A stretch of 64,000 nt of DNA from contig NIVC01001557.1 in NCBI GenBank assembly GCA_002269645.1, positions 186,001 through 250,000 on the forward strand. The letters are read 5' to 3'. Position 1 is the first letter of the stretch; each line of letters begins with the position of its first letter. Origin of the DNA: Macrostomum lignano (Eukaryota). Shown piece after piece: positions 49,601 through 62,444 of this stretch. Made by a program: the position numbers and the translations under genes. Under the pieces are notes generated by a model that saw nothing but the letters and a program-made list of their open reading frames with translations, was not told the origin of the DNA and ran no database searches.

Positions 49601-52600
49601 CTGTACTATGTGTGCAGCTTCTGCCTGCACCCCAGGAAGGAGTTCAAATCCACTAGGCGGGTCTGGCATCACAAATGGCTGCGCCAGCCCAGCTCGGGGG
49701 CGCAGACTTCGCCAATGATGGACGTTGTGCGTCAGGTTATGGAGCTCTACGCTATTGTTCAGAAGGTGAGGCTCTTTGGTTGCGTTGCTCGTCGGAATGC
49801 TTCCGAAAATGGGATTCCTGGGGATCGGGGATCAGATGGACTTATCGGGGATAGAGATCGGGTGGGATTTTAGGCGATGAGGATCGGATGGGATTATAGG
49901 GGATGAGGATCGGATGGGATTATAGGGGATGAGGATCGGATGGGATTATAGGGGATGTGGATCGGATGGGATTTTAGGGGATAGAGATCGGGTGGGATTT
50001 TAGGCGATGAGGATCGGATGGGATTATAGGCGATGAGGATCGGATGAGATTATAGGGGATGAGGATCGGATGGGATTATAGGGGATGAGTTGGGGATCGG
50101 GTGAGATTTTAGGGGATGAGGATCGTATGGGATTTTAGGGGATGAGGATCGGGTGGGATTTTAGGCGATGAGGATCGGATGAGATTATAGCGGATGAGGA
50201 TCGGATGGGATTATAGGGGATGAGTTGGGGATCGGGTGAGATTTTAGGGGATGAGGATCGTATGGGATTTTAGGGGATGAGGATCGGGTGGGATTTTAGG
50301 CGATGAGGATCGGATGAGATTATAGGGGATGAGGATCGGATGGGATTATAGGGGATGAGGATCGGATGGGATTATAGGGGATGAGGATCGGATGGGATTA
50401 TAGGGGATGAGGATCGGATGGGATTATAGGGGATGAGGATCGGATGGGATTATAGGGGATGAGGATCGGATGGGATTTTAGGGGATAGAGATCGGGTGGG
50501 ATTTTAGGCGATGAGGATCGGATGGGATTTTAGGGGATGAGGATCGGGTGGGATTATAGGGGATGAGGATCGGATGGGATTATAGGGGATGAGGATCGGA
50601 TGGGATTATAGGGGATGAGGATCGGATGGGATTTTAGGAGATAGAGATCGGGTGGGATTTTAGGCGATGAGGATCGGATGGGATTTTAGGCGATGAGGAT
50701 CGGGTGGGATTATAGGGGATGAGGATCGGATGGGATTATAGGGGATGAGGATCGGATGGGATTATAGGGGATGAGAATCGGATGGGACTATAGGGGATGA
50801 GGATCGGATGGGATTTTTAGAGTTGGGGATCGGGTGAGATTTTAGGCGATGAGGATCGGATGGGATTTTAGGGGATGAGGATCGGGTGGGATTTTAGGCG
50901 ATGAGGATCGGATGAGATTATAGGGGATGAGGATCGGATGGGATTATAGGGGATGAGGATCGGATGGGATTATAGGGGATGAGGATCGGATGGGATTATA
51001 GGGGATGAGAATCGGATGGGATTATAGGGGATGAGAATCGGATGGGATTATAGGGGATGAGAATCGGATGGGATTATAGGGGATGAGAATCGGATGGGAT
51101 TATAGGGGATGAGGATCGGATGGGATTATAGGGGATGAGGATCGGATGGGATTATAGGGGATGAGTTGGGGATCGGGTGAGATTTTAGGCGATGAGGATC
51201 GGATGGGATTTTAGGGGATGAGGATCGGGTGGGATTTTAGGCGATGAGGATCGGATGAGATTATAGCGGATGAGGATCGGATGGGATTATAGGGGATGAG
51301 TTGGGGATCGGGTGAGATTTTAGGGGATGAGGATCGTATGGGATTTTAGGGGATGAGGATCGGGTGGGATTTTAGGCGATGAGGATCGGATGAGATTATA
51401 GGGGATGAGGATCGGATGGGATTATAGGGGATGAGGATCGGATGGGATTATAGGGGATGAGGATCGGATGGGATTATAGGGGATGAGGATCGGATGGGAT
51501 TATAGGGGATGAGGATCGGATGGGATTATAGGGGATGAGGATCGGATGGGATTTTAGGGGATAGAGATCGGGTGGGATTTTAGGCGATGAGGATCGGATG
51601 GGATTATAGGGGATGAGGATCGGGTGGGATTATAGGGGATGAGGATCGGATGGGATTATAGGGGATGAGGATCGGATGGGATTATAGGGGATGAGGATCG
51701 GATGGGATTTTAGGGGATAGAGATCGGGTGGGATTTTAGGCGATGAGGATCGGATGGGATTTTAGGGGATGAGGATCGGGTGGGATTATAGGGGATGAGG
51801 ATCGGATGGGATTATAGGGGATGAGGATCGGATGGGATTATAGGGGATGAGAATCGGATGGGATTATAGGGGATGAGGATCGGATGGGATTTTTAGAGTT
51901 GGGGATCGGGTGAGATTTTAGGCGATGAGGATCGGATGGGATTTTAGGGGATGAGGATCGGGTGGGATTTTAGGCGATGAGGATCGGATGAGATTATAGG
52001 GGATGAGGATCGGATGGGATTATAGGGGATGAGGATCGGATGGGATTATAGGGGATGAGGATCGGATGGGATTATAGGGGATGAGAATCGGATGGGATTA
52101 TAGGGGATGAGAATCGGATGGGATTATAGGGGATGAGAATCGGATGGAATTATAGGGGATGAGAATCGGATGGGATTATAGGGGATGAGGATCGGATGGG
52201 ATTTTAGGGGATGAGGATCGGATGGGATTCTTAAAGTTGGGGATCGAGTGGGATTTTAGGGGATGAAGATCGGATGGGATTATAGGGGATGAGAATTGGA
52301 TGGGATTATAGGGGATGAGAATCGGATGGGATTATAGGGGATGAGAATCGGATGGGATTATAGGGGATGAGAATCGGATGGGATTATAGGGAATGAGGAT
52401 CGGATGGGATTTTAGGGGATGAGGATCGGATGGGATTCTTAAAGTTGGGGATAGGGTGGGATTTTAGGGGATGAAGATCGGATGGGATTATAGGGGATGA
52501 GGAGCGTATAGGATTTTAGGGAATGAGGATCGGATGGGATTTTAGGGGATGAGGATCGGATGGGATTTTTGGGAATGGGGATCGGATGGGATTTTTGGGA

Positions 52601-53414
52601 ATGGGGATCGGATGGGATTTTTAGTTTGGTAATCAGATGGGATTCCTCAGGAGATGGATCAAGTAGGATTCTTGAGTTGCGTTCATGTAGTAGAGCATCG
52701 TGGAAAAGTCAAGAAAATAATCGATTAATGATCAAAAGATTAAACAGTTCCCAATGCGCATCCCGGACCCCTCGGCCCTCGCAGCTGAAGCGCTTCAACA
52801 CGGACATCCACTCTCGCCTGATCAAACTGGCTCCCGATCTCGCGGAGAAGTCGCCCGACGAGATTCGCCAGCTGCTGCAGTTGCACAGCCAGCGCCAGCA
52901 GCAGCAGCAGCAGCAGCAGCAGGTGGCGTCATCAGCTGCGTCAACGTCTGCAGCAGCGGCCAGTGCAAGCGGCGGCGCCGTCTCAGGCCGAACCCGTCTG
53001 GACTCTGTCGGCGAGCTGGCGGACTTCCTGCCCAGCCTGGAGCTGGACCAGCTCGAGAGTCTGCTGGGTGGCAGCGGCGCCGGTGGCGCCGGCGGCAACG
53101 GCGGCGGCGAGGTCGGTGAAGCTGACGAAATCGGCGGCGTGTTGAGCTTGCCGCCGCCGCCTCCGGTGCCGCCTCCGGTGCCGCCGCCGCCGCCAGGCGC
53201 TGATGCCAATGAGCTCACCGCCCTGCTGTGCACCCAGCAGGCGCTCGGCCACGTGCTGTCCATTGTAGCGGCCAAGATGTCCGAACTGCGTGAACGGCCG
53301 AGTGTCCGGCCGTTGGCCGAACGGACGCCTCGGACGTTGCGACCGCGCCTGCCAGCGCTGAGGAACAATCTGGCTAAGCTGCGCCGGCTGGCCGCACTGC
53401 CTAAAAAGAACTGA
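46674..53414 (+). CDS. PHF20: PHF20/PHF20L1 (MBD-R2)-like chromatin reader: tandem Tudor, C2H2 zinc finger, PHD; predicted 983 aa
   Basis: Exons 46674-47053, 47824-49765 and 52785-53414 total 2952 nt. Tudor1: VGEFLEAQD...LVHYHKWSAKFDE...RLRP. Tudor2: FQPGDLVLARWRDTLWYQAKV. C2H2: FECDQCGKSFRKEKLLSDHIRFYH (PHF20 has FRKAKLLHYH). PHD: VVHCQCG...MIQCEVCRAFQHARC...YVCSFC. Confidence 0.9.
47095..47787. repeat. 16-bp minisatellite (catgaccaactcacag) in PHF20-like intron 1
   Basis: Direct tandem array between donor 47054 and acceptor 47823. Confidence 0.93.
49815..52625. repeat. 26-bp G-rich minisatellite (tataggggatgaggatcggatgggat) in PHF20-like intron 2, ~2.8 kb
   Basis: Direct tandem array with ~1.1-kb-scale block duplication. 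Confidence 0.95.
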
Positions 53415-54877
53415 GTCCCTTGGCCTTAGCAACCGTATCAATCATCTATAGCGTCCCTAGCAACCATTCGTTAAAGTGTAGAAATTGTAGGTTATAGCTT
53501 TTGTACTTTAGAAGCCATGAGCTCGTTCTAACGCTCTCCTAGCAACCATACACCCCTTTGAAGCGTCCTTAGCAACCATATACATTTCTAGCTTTCTTAG
53601 CTAAGCCGTATTTCTGGCGTCCCTAGCAACCATTACTTTAGCGATTTGGCGTTTTTTAAACCACATATATTATATATTTACTCATACCTCTCTCGCAACC
53701 GTTTGTCTCTTTTAAGCGTCCCAAGCAGCCACTGTTTCTTAGCAATTCTTCATCAAGCATATTCCCCGTTTCCTAGTAGCAACAGGCCCCTGTTTCCTGG
53801 TGTCGCCTTTAACAACCATATATTGATCTTTTGCGAAGCTTACAGTAGAAAATTGAGGGGATAATATCTGTCCGGCAAAGTCAACTTGCATTCAGGTGCG
53901 CTCGGCACCTTAATGTTCTCTATGAATCATGACTCGGTGCGTCCGGAAAGTTCTCATTAGCGCGTAGCAGTAAATCATTCATTCTCGCTTGTAATGTTAA
54001 CTTTATGCTCCCTGTATAAAGTCGTTTTGTATTTTATTGCTTCGATTTCTTTATTAATAATGTTTTCGACTTTTGGTCTGGCTTTAAAAAAACATTCGTT
54101 CGAACTGATTTATTTGGTATTTCTTGGCTAGTTGCCGAATTTAGCAAGCAAAATGTTTCTCGTGGAGATTCGTTGATAATTCGTCAATTTTTAGTGCAAT
54201 TAATGGGTACGAGCGTATTGAACCACTTCTACTACTTGTGTGCTTGACTTGTAATGTTTGGTCGCCAGTAAATACAATGGAAAAATCAAGCAAATTTAAC
54301 TTTTGTGCGTTTTTTTGAACATTGAAAAAAAAATAATCAAATTATTTTTGGTTTGTTCATTTCCAAATCTGACTACATGTAACTGCATGAGTGATGAACA
54401 TTGAAGGTGTCAACATTTTTTTAAAAAATATACATATTTTGTAGACATAATTTGTATATTAAATTTGTTAATGCATCTACTATCACTATTGCTGCGAGTA
54501 GGCACTGTGTAATACCGTGGAATTCTGCTTGCTATCCGAATTTACAACTAGACAGATTGATACTGAAATTGAACTTCCGTTTCTGGTTGTGAACATCAGT
54601 TAAGACAACATAGACATTATTTTCAACACTTGGAATGATTAAAAAGAGTTAAAATTTATTAAAAGCTCTACTATCATGGCCTTTTTTCGAAAAAGAGGTG
54701 CGAAATATCTGGTTAATGTCGTAATTCGGTGTTTGCTTTTTAATAATTATACTTTTTGTACCAATATTTCCATCCGATGAAGTGCACGCTACATACCGTA
54801 ACCGAGGATCACTAACAGTAGATACGTAAACATAACTTGTTATTAAGCACTATATGTATAAAAGTATTAATAATAAG

Positions 54878-55120
54878 GTCGGGGGGTTCTCGATTCTCGA
54901 CCCACTCGAAATAATTTTTGTCCTTGAGCAAGACACTTAGCACTGCAGTGCTTCAGTTCACCCCAGCTGTAAAATGAGTAGCAGCATTAGCTGGAGTAAT
55001 TGAGGGCTTGTGGCGACCACCCAGTCCATGGATTGAACAGCCGTACGCAGCCTTCAGATGCGTTGCGGCATTGCTGCGGCTGAGCTGTCGGTTACATCTG
55101 CCCATTAGGACTGGGGTAAT
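54878..55120 (+). mobile_element. Second copy of the CORE-like SINE
   Basis: tgtccttgagcaagacactt...cttcagttcaccccagctgtaaaatg...cagccgtacgcagccttcagatgcg...gctgagctgtcggtt matches 15883-16080. An upstream ggttctcgattc may be a degenerate B-box. Confidence 0.7.
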
Positions 55121-55401
55121 CGTATAACTTTATCCTGTACTTTATTCTTACAGTCAAAAGATATATGGGGCTTTAGCTTTGTCTTTAAAAGTCATGAAAA
55201 GCTAATACTGTTCATGTTTTTTTGTGATAAACCTCTAGGTCTCGTAATCAACGAGTTTTATTTGCTTACTTGGTCGTATAGGTAAGCTAAAAGGCGCGAC
55301 TTCAAATTGTATAAATTTAATTATTTTTTGTGAGACATATTTCCTCGTACAACCAAGTCAAGCAGTCGAAGACTAAACACTAAAGTTTTTGAAGCCTAAA
55401 G

Positions 55402-58230
55402 ATGAAAAAGCTAATTGTGACAGCGCTTTTTGCTGTTCTTCTTGTGGTAGTCTCTGGAGAAGAACACCACAAGAGATGCTGCGGCACTTGCAAGGCCAAC
55501 TATCCTCATGGTCATCACCTGAAACATGTAAGTCAGTCCTATCGCATTTTTATTTGCTAATTTTAAATTACAACTAATCACTCATTATTTATACTTTTAC
55601 CTTGCCTGAATAAAAATATTTACACTTCTCAACGCAAGGCAATTCATAATGAGCTCTGTATATAAATATCCCTAAAAGGGCAAAATAATGACTTAATATT
55701 ATTAAATGTAAAACAGAAAATCTGTTTATCTAACAAAAAAACTCAATATGAATGTGTATGCTTGTATCTTAGTTTAATAATCTAAGGTAGTAGTTCTTGG
55801 CTAAAAACTTTTTTGTGATTTAAAATATCATTTTGAATGTTGTTATAATAATTGTACCAAAATAATAATAGCCTATTATGGAGCAATAATATTAATAATT
55901 TTTTTCTAAATTTAAATATATGGTTTGCTAAATATTTTACCATTGATTTATATTTTATAAAAGGTTAATAGTATTATATTGATTAACGCACAATTAAAAT
56001 AGTACTAATATAATATTATAAACATTAATCATTTTTCTTATTATATAGAATTCAAAAAAGCTAGTTTACAATAAATTGATATATACAAAGAGTGTACCCT
56101 TGTTATTTTTTAAGGTATTATATTATAGAAAATAAACTACTCTTAATAACATAACCATTTTCTTGTCTAAAATATTTTATGAAGATAGAGTTAATATTTA
56201 TTAATAATACTAATAGTGTATTTTATATTTAAGTATATTTTATATATGAGTATACATTGCAAGCCACCTAACCAATGCACTTTTAGTCCTGCCTCCATGG
56301 CTGCCGCCTCTACTCAATGATCTACCTGGCCCACGACAAGAGCATCAAGAATGACGAGCTGTCTAACATGTGCTCCAAGTCCTGCAAGCGTGGCTTCACT
56401 GGTGGTGCCATCACTGATAAAATGGACAAAGCCTGTAATGTTGGGTGCAAGGAGCAGGCCCGGGTGTTCCAAGAGCATGGCATGTCCGACCACGGTGCCA
56501 AGATGTCGGTGATGCATGGCATCGGCCTGGCCCTGCCTGACATGCACTCGCCGTCGCCCTTCCACCAGCGCATCTTCCAGCAGATGCGCCAGATGCACAC
56601 TCGCATGATGGAGGCCATGAAGAACGCCAAGCACGCCATTGTCCAGCGCATCCAGATCCGCATCCACTCCATGCCTCCTGGACCCGATGGCAAGCCGCGC
56701 TACCAGGTTTGTACAGCTGGGGATGGTAGATAACTTCAGTCCAGCTGAAGGTCAAGATAGTAGATAACTTCAGTCCAGCTGAAGGTCTAGATAGTAGATA
56801 ACTTCAGTCCAGCTGAAGGTCAAGATAGTAGATAACTTCAGTCCAGCTGAAGGTCAAGATAGTAGATAACTTCAGTCCAGCTGAAGGTCAAGATAGTAGA
56901 TAACTTCAGTCCAGCTGAAGGTTAAGATAGTAGATAACTTCAGTCCAGCTGAAGGTCAAGATAGTAGATAACTTCAGTCCAGCTGAAGGTCTAGATAGTA
57001 GATAACTTCAGTCCAGCTGAAGGTCTAGATAGTAGATAACTTCAGTCCAGCTGAAGGTCAAGATAGTAGATAACTTCAGTCCAGCTGAAGGTCAAGATAG
57101 TAGATAACTTCAGTCCAGCTGAAGGTCTAGATGGTAGATAACTTCAGTCCAGCTGAAGGTCAAGATAGTAGATAACTTCAGTCCAGCTGAAGGTCTAGAT
57201 GGTAGATAACTTCAGTCCAGCTGAAGGTCAAGATAGTAGATAACTTCAGTCCAGCTGAAGGTCTAGATGGTAGATAACTTCAGTCCAGCTGAAGGTCTAG
57301 ATAGTAGATAACTTCAGTCCAGCTGAAGGTCTAGATGGGATTTTCAATTCACTGTGACAGGTGGAGATCCACCAGCGTCGCATTCCACTGTCCTTCGGCC
57401 ACCCGATGTTCGGCAACAGCAAAGGCAAAGACCAGCCTTCGAAGCCCCCGATCGGCCCCGACGGTCACCGGCCTCTTCTTGGCGGCGACGACCACGACAT
57501 GCTGCCGCACGGACCTCACCACGGACACCACGGACACCATGGCGAGCACCATGGAGATCACGGCGAGCACCACGGTCACCACGGACATCACGGACACCAC
57601 GGCCCGATGTACCGCGTGCGCCACTTTTTCGTTGACATGCCCGATTCCGCCAAGACCTGCCTTCGCTGGTCCCTGTTCGCCCTGCTGCTCGTCTCCTTCA
57701 TGTGCTTCATCTGGGTCTTCTGGCGCGCCTGCCGCAGCCTCGCTGCCGCTTCCGCCCAGCGCCAGCGCCTGTCCATCACCAAGGCCATCGGCAAGAAGAA
57801 GGTTTGCGACTCTTAAACAATACATACATTTGAGATGCCTGATTCAGGCATCCCCAATCAGACTTCTCTGCATCCCTAATGTAGATGAATTTCGATATTA
57901 AAACCCGAAACTCTCCTAACAGAAATCCCGATTTCCCCCATCAAAAAATCCCAATTCCCCTATCAGAAATCCCAATTCCACTCTCAGAAATCACAATTCA
58001 TTAAACAGAAATCCCGATTCCCCTATCAGAAATCCCAATTCCCCTATCAGAAATCCCTATTCCCCCACCGAAATCCCATCACATATTCTGACCGGCCCAA
58101 ACCACCCACCGCGCAGCCGTGCGTGCAGTCGGGCGACATTTTCTATGTCGATGTCGGTGACAAGAAGCCGCTGATCGAAGACGACGCTGTGGACGTGGCC
58201 GCCGCCGAGGCCAAAAAAGAGGAGGCCTGA
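55402..58230 (+). CDS. TMEM59: TMEM59/TMEM59L (BSMAP family)-like type I membrane protein with His-rich luminal insert; predicted 366 aa
   Basis: Exons 55402-55527, 56287-56706, 57361-57801 and 58117-58230 (all phase 0) total 1101 nt. Signal peptide MKKLIVTALFAVLLVVVSG. The Cys pattern CxxxCxxxYP...CLHGCRLYS...CxxxC...ACNVGC matches TMEM59 (CHRACQLTYP...CQRGCRLFS...CESAC...ACHLGC). TM helix WSLFALLLVSFMCFIWVFW, followed by RLSI (TMEM59 KLSI). Confidence 0.8.
56725..57337. repeat. 34-bp minisatellite (gataacttcagtccagctgaaggtcaagatagta) in TMEM59-like intron 2
   Basis: Near-perfect tandem copies filling the intron. Confidence 0.96.
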
Positions 58231-59604
58231 GAACAGTGAGCAGCCTCGAGATGAAGAATAGAAGCTGGACTGGGGAGGAGTCGATTTGAAAAAAAACATT
58301 TTAGCCGGTCATTTTTGTTAAAACTGAACAAGATAAAATTGAAATATTTTTTCTTTTCAAATCTGCAAGAAACTTTTTTCTGTCTTTTTTAAAGGAAATT
58401 GGCAAAACATTGATCAATTAATTATAATTATTAATATCGAAGCCTCCGTGTTTATCATTTCTCCGTGTTTTTATTTTGCTTAATTTTTTCCGATCTCTAC
58501 TCGATCAAAACCTGAGCGTCATCAGCCTGCGTGTAAAAAAACTGTTTGTCAATAATTATCTACTATAATCCCAGTGCCCTTAGTTACTCAAGATCGTTAA
58601 TAATAATTATTATTAATAACTAATCGATCGCCAACATCCTCGCCTCTCTGTGCGCTGCTCTTATCAGCTGATCAGTTTAGCAAGCAACAACTTTTAGATG
58701 TGTGTTTTTTTCTTTTAAATTTTGGTAGCGCTTATGGTTTTTTGTTTCGGAGAGAGAGAGATTGCTAGATTAGCAATCCTTTCAGTTCAGTAAGCGCAGT
58801 TTTATCATTTTAATTTTTTTCTTTGCAAATGATTCCTATTTTTTCAGTTTTTTTTCATAATTCAGTAAAACTGTATAAGTTGCTATTCAGTTCTAGAATT
58901 TTCTTTATTCCCGCGCGTTCTATTTCTCTTTTTTTATGAGGCCATCGTTTTTTTTAATACATTTTCCCTATCTGCGATGCTGCATGCTGGTTGCTAGGGC
59001 TGCTTCTGAGGGTTCATCAACGTGGGCAGAGGTTCTCTGTCTCTCTCGCGACGGAGAGAGCAGAGGCGGGACAACCTGGGGAAGAGGGAGTCAGCGGGGA
59101 TCGATAATCAAGCAGAGGAGGACAGACCCGTGAGATCCCCTGTACAATAACCGGGCCTGCACTACAGGGGGCCTGGGCGTTGCTATGCTTCAAAAACCAT
59201 GCAAGCTTCGATGCAGGGAGGCAAACGAAACTGCTTTTGCGTTTGTCCTAGAAATCCTTTAGTTGGCTTGCTAAAGCAGTCTGCAGCAGTGCGTGCCCGG
59301 GGAGCATCCGCTTTCTAATGATAATATAAAATGTCGTTTTGACTACTTTTATCTCTGTGTGTGGCACTTGTCAAAAAATATTCGAAAATTAACAATATAT
59401 AACAATCAATATCCACTTAATACTAAAGATATGTCCCTACAGTTACTTGTATGCAGCACCTTCTAACATCGCCACCGATATCGCCTGTCCTAATATTCAA
59501 AAATACCGCATGCACCTTTCGTGTGCTGCCGACTCTGACTTATTTTCATTTGCTACTGATTTTAGATTTTTAGCTTTTAGTTTGACTTTTATGAGTGATT
59601 TTGT

Positions 59605-60795
59605 GTTAGGGGTGGGGTTGTGTAGGATATTGCAGTCAGGGTGTGGAATTGTGTAGGATATTGTAGTCAGGGTGTGGGATTGTGTAGGATATTGTAGTCA
59701 TGGTGTGGGATTGTGTAGGATATTGCAGTCATGGTGTGGGATTGTGTAGGATATTGCAGTCAGGGTGTGGGACTGTGTAGGATATTGCAGTCAGGGTGTA
59801 GGACTGTGTAGGATATTGCAGTCAGGGTGTGGGATCGTGTAGGATATTGCTGTCAGGGTGTGGGATTGTTTAGGATATTGCAGTCGCTGTGAGATTGTGT
59901 AGGATATTGCAGTCAGGGTGTGGGATCGTGTAGGATATTGCAGTCAGGGTGTGGGATCGTGTAGGATATTGCAGTCAGGGTGTGGGATCGTGTAGGATAT
60001 TGCAGTCAGGGTGTGGGATCGTGTAGGATATTGCAGTCAGGGTGTGGGATAATGTAGGATATTGCAGTCAGGGTGTGGGATCGTGTAGGATATTGCTGTC
60101 AGGGTGTGGGATTGTGTAGGATATTGCTGTCAGGGTGTGGGATTGTGTAGGATATTGCAGTCGCTGTGAGATTGTGTAGGATATTGCAGTCAGGGTGTGG
60201 GATCGTGTAGGATATTGCTGTCAGGGTGTGGGATTGTGTAGGATATTGCTGTCAGGGTGTGGGATTGTGTAGGATATTGCTGTCAGGGTGTGGGATTGTG
60301 TAGGATATTGCTGTCAGGGTGTGGGATTGTGTAGGATATTGCAGTCGCTGTGAGATTGTGTAGGATATTGCAGTCAGGGTGTGGGATCGTGTAGGATATT
60401 GCAGTCAGGGTGTGGGACTGTGTAGGATATTGCAGTCAGGGTGTGGGATCGTGTAGGATATTGCAGTCAGGGTGTGGGATCGTGTAGGATATTGCAGTCA
60501 GGGTGTGGGATCGTGTAGGATATTGCTGTCAGGGTGTGGGATTGTGTAGGATATTGCAGTCGCTGTGAGATTGTGTAGGATATTGCAGTCAGGGTGTGGG
60601 ATCGTGTAGGATATTGCTGTCAGGGTGTGGGATCGTGTAGGATATTGCAGTCAGGGTGTGGGACTGTGTAGGATATTGCAGTCTGGGTGTGGGACTGTGT
60701 AGGATATTGCAGTCAGGGTGTGGGACTGTGTAGGATATTGCAGTCTGGGTGTGGGACTGTGTAGGATATTGCAGTCAGGGTGTGGGACTGTGTCA
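59605..60795. repeat. 31-bp minisatellite (gtgtaggatattgcagtcagggtgtgggatc) upstream of NUDT2
   Basis: Direct tandem array. Confidence 0.95.
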
Positions 60796-61351
60796 AGATG
60801 TGGCATTCTGTGAAATTCATGAATTCACAGATGTGGAGTTAAATGCTTTTAATTTGGGCTAGCATAAATGTTTTATAAGGTATTTGGTGCGTCATTAAAC
60901 AGCTCAGCATTGCAAATTAGTTTAGCTAAATTCTATATGCAAATTTTAAATCAAGCTTTCCTAAACTGCGCCCGTACGTATGGCGAAGTTTAACTGTAGG
61001 CCACTCGGCTAATATTCTGACCAAGGTGTACAAACCTGACTTGAGTTAGTTAGTACCAAGGACTTCTAGACGAAGTGTTCCTAGTGGTCTTTGGTAGAGT
61101 ACTCGCACCAGTGCATTAGCTCTGCTCCGTGGGTGTCCGCTTACATCTGCGCGTCTGGCCTAACAATTCAACCAAAAGTGCAGGAAAATCACCTGATTAC
61201 AATCTAAACAGCTGGAATTATTCTACCGGTAAATTCACGAGCGCAGGTTTCTACTTAAAGTAGGCAATTAGCGAATATTGTCAATAAGCTGACTTGAGCT
61301 TGTAAAATTGCTTGTACCTATTTCAGCTGTTCCCGAAATTTAGCCAGCGAT

Positions 61352-62033
61352 ATGTCTCCTGCCGTGGCGGCCTCGGGAATCGTGATCTACCGCACAGTGT
61401 CGGCGGGAGTGCAGTACCTGCTGCTGCACGCCACCATCGAGGAGGGACTGTGGACTCCGCCTAAAGGTCACGTGGATCCCGGGGAAGATTTGCGGCAGTG
61501 CGCCATCAGGGAGACTGCGGAGGAGTGCGGCTTGAAAGAGGGGGCGGACTATCGGCTGGTGCCGGACTGGGTTCACGCCGTCAGCTACGTCGCCTTCGGG
61601 TTCGTGCTGGTGCTGGCGAATTGGGGAATCGCTTATGTACATGCACAGACTGCCCTTGTAGAATCCCCCGACTACAATGTTTGAACACCACCCCAAATCA
61701 CCCACCTCCCCAAAACACCACCACCCCAAAAACACCACTACCCCAAAAACACCACCACCCCAAAAACACCACCACCCCAAAAACACCACCACTCCAAAAC
61801 GCCACTACCCCAAAACACCACCACCCCAAAACACTAGCAAGCAGAAGTCGGTGACCTACTACCTCGGCCAGATGTCGAACCCGGACGCTCCGATCCGTCT
61901 GTCGGACGAGCACAAAGACTTCGCCTGGTGCAGCATCGAGCGGGCCAAAGAGCTGGTGAAGTTCAAGGAGAGCATCGAGGTTCTGCAGTCCGCACACCAG
62001 TATATCGCTGACATGACGGCAAAGTCTCGGTAG
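61352..62033 (+). CDS. NUDT2: Bis(5'-nucleosyl)-tetraphosphatase (asymmetrical Ap4A hydrolase), 147 aa
   Basis: Exons 61352-61599 and 61838-62033 (phase-2 intron GG|GTTCGT...ACTAG|C) total 444 nt. WTPPKGHVDPGEDLRQCAIRETAEECGL is a Nudix box with the NUDT2-type WTPPKGH. The C-terminal IRLSDEHKDFAW matches human IRLSHEHQAYRW. Confidence 0.93.
61683..61833. repeat. 17-bp C/A-rich minisatellite (acaccaccaccccaaaa) in the NUDT2 intron
   Basis: Tandem array ending at the acceptor. Confidence 0.9.
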
Positions 62034-62444
62034 TTCTGTCTCTGTCCAATTCCAATTAAGCCAGCAATATAAACTGTAATAATCTTTGACGTTTATTACA
62101 AAGTTTAAATTTAGTTAAACAGCCTGCATTAACCAAAATTCAATCACGCGTCGTTTAACTTGTTTTAAATGATCACTGATAGGAGAAATAGCTGAACATC
62201 ACTATAAACAAGCAATACATTTTGCCGTGATCATCACGTGTTGTTTAGTAACATACTCGCAAAATAAAAATGCAAGCTCATATAGATATTTTGGTTGTCT
62301 AAATCTGTCATTGTGATTCAGCTGCTGTTAAGCAGACTTGCTCGTTTTTCTGAAAAAATGCAGGTAATCAAACCAGAGCGTGCACTACTTGAAAACGCTC
62401 ACCGAAAACTGACCGCCACCTCAAATAACCCTCTAACATATATC

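Noticed and set aside
61352-62033. NUDT2 as a dedicated eraser of the cGLR second messenger
   Set aside because: It is a conserved housekeeping Ap4A hydrolase 40 kb away with three unrelated genes in between. Eukaryotic adjacency gives no evidence of a shared pathway.
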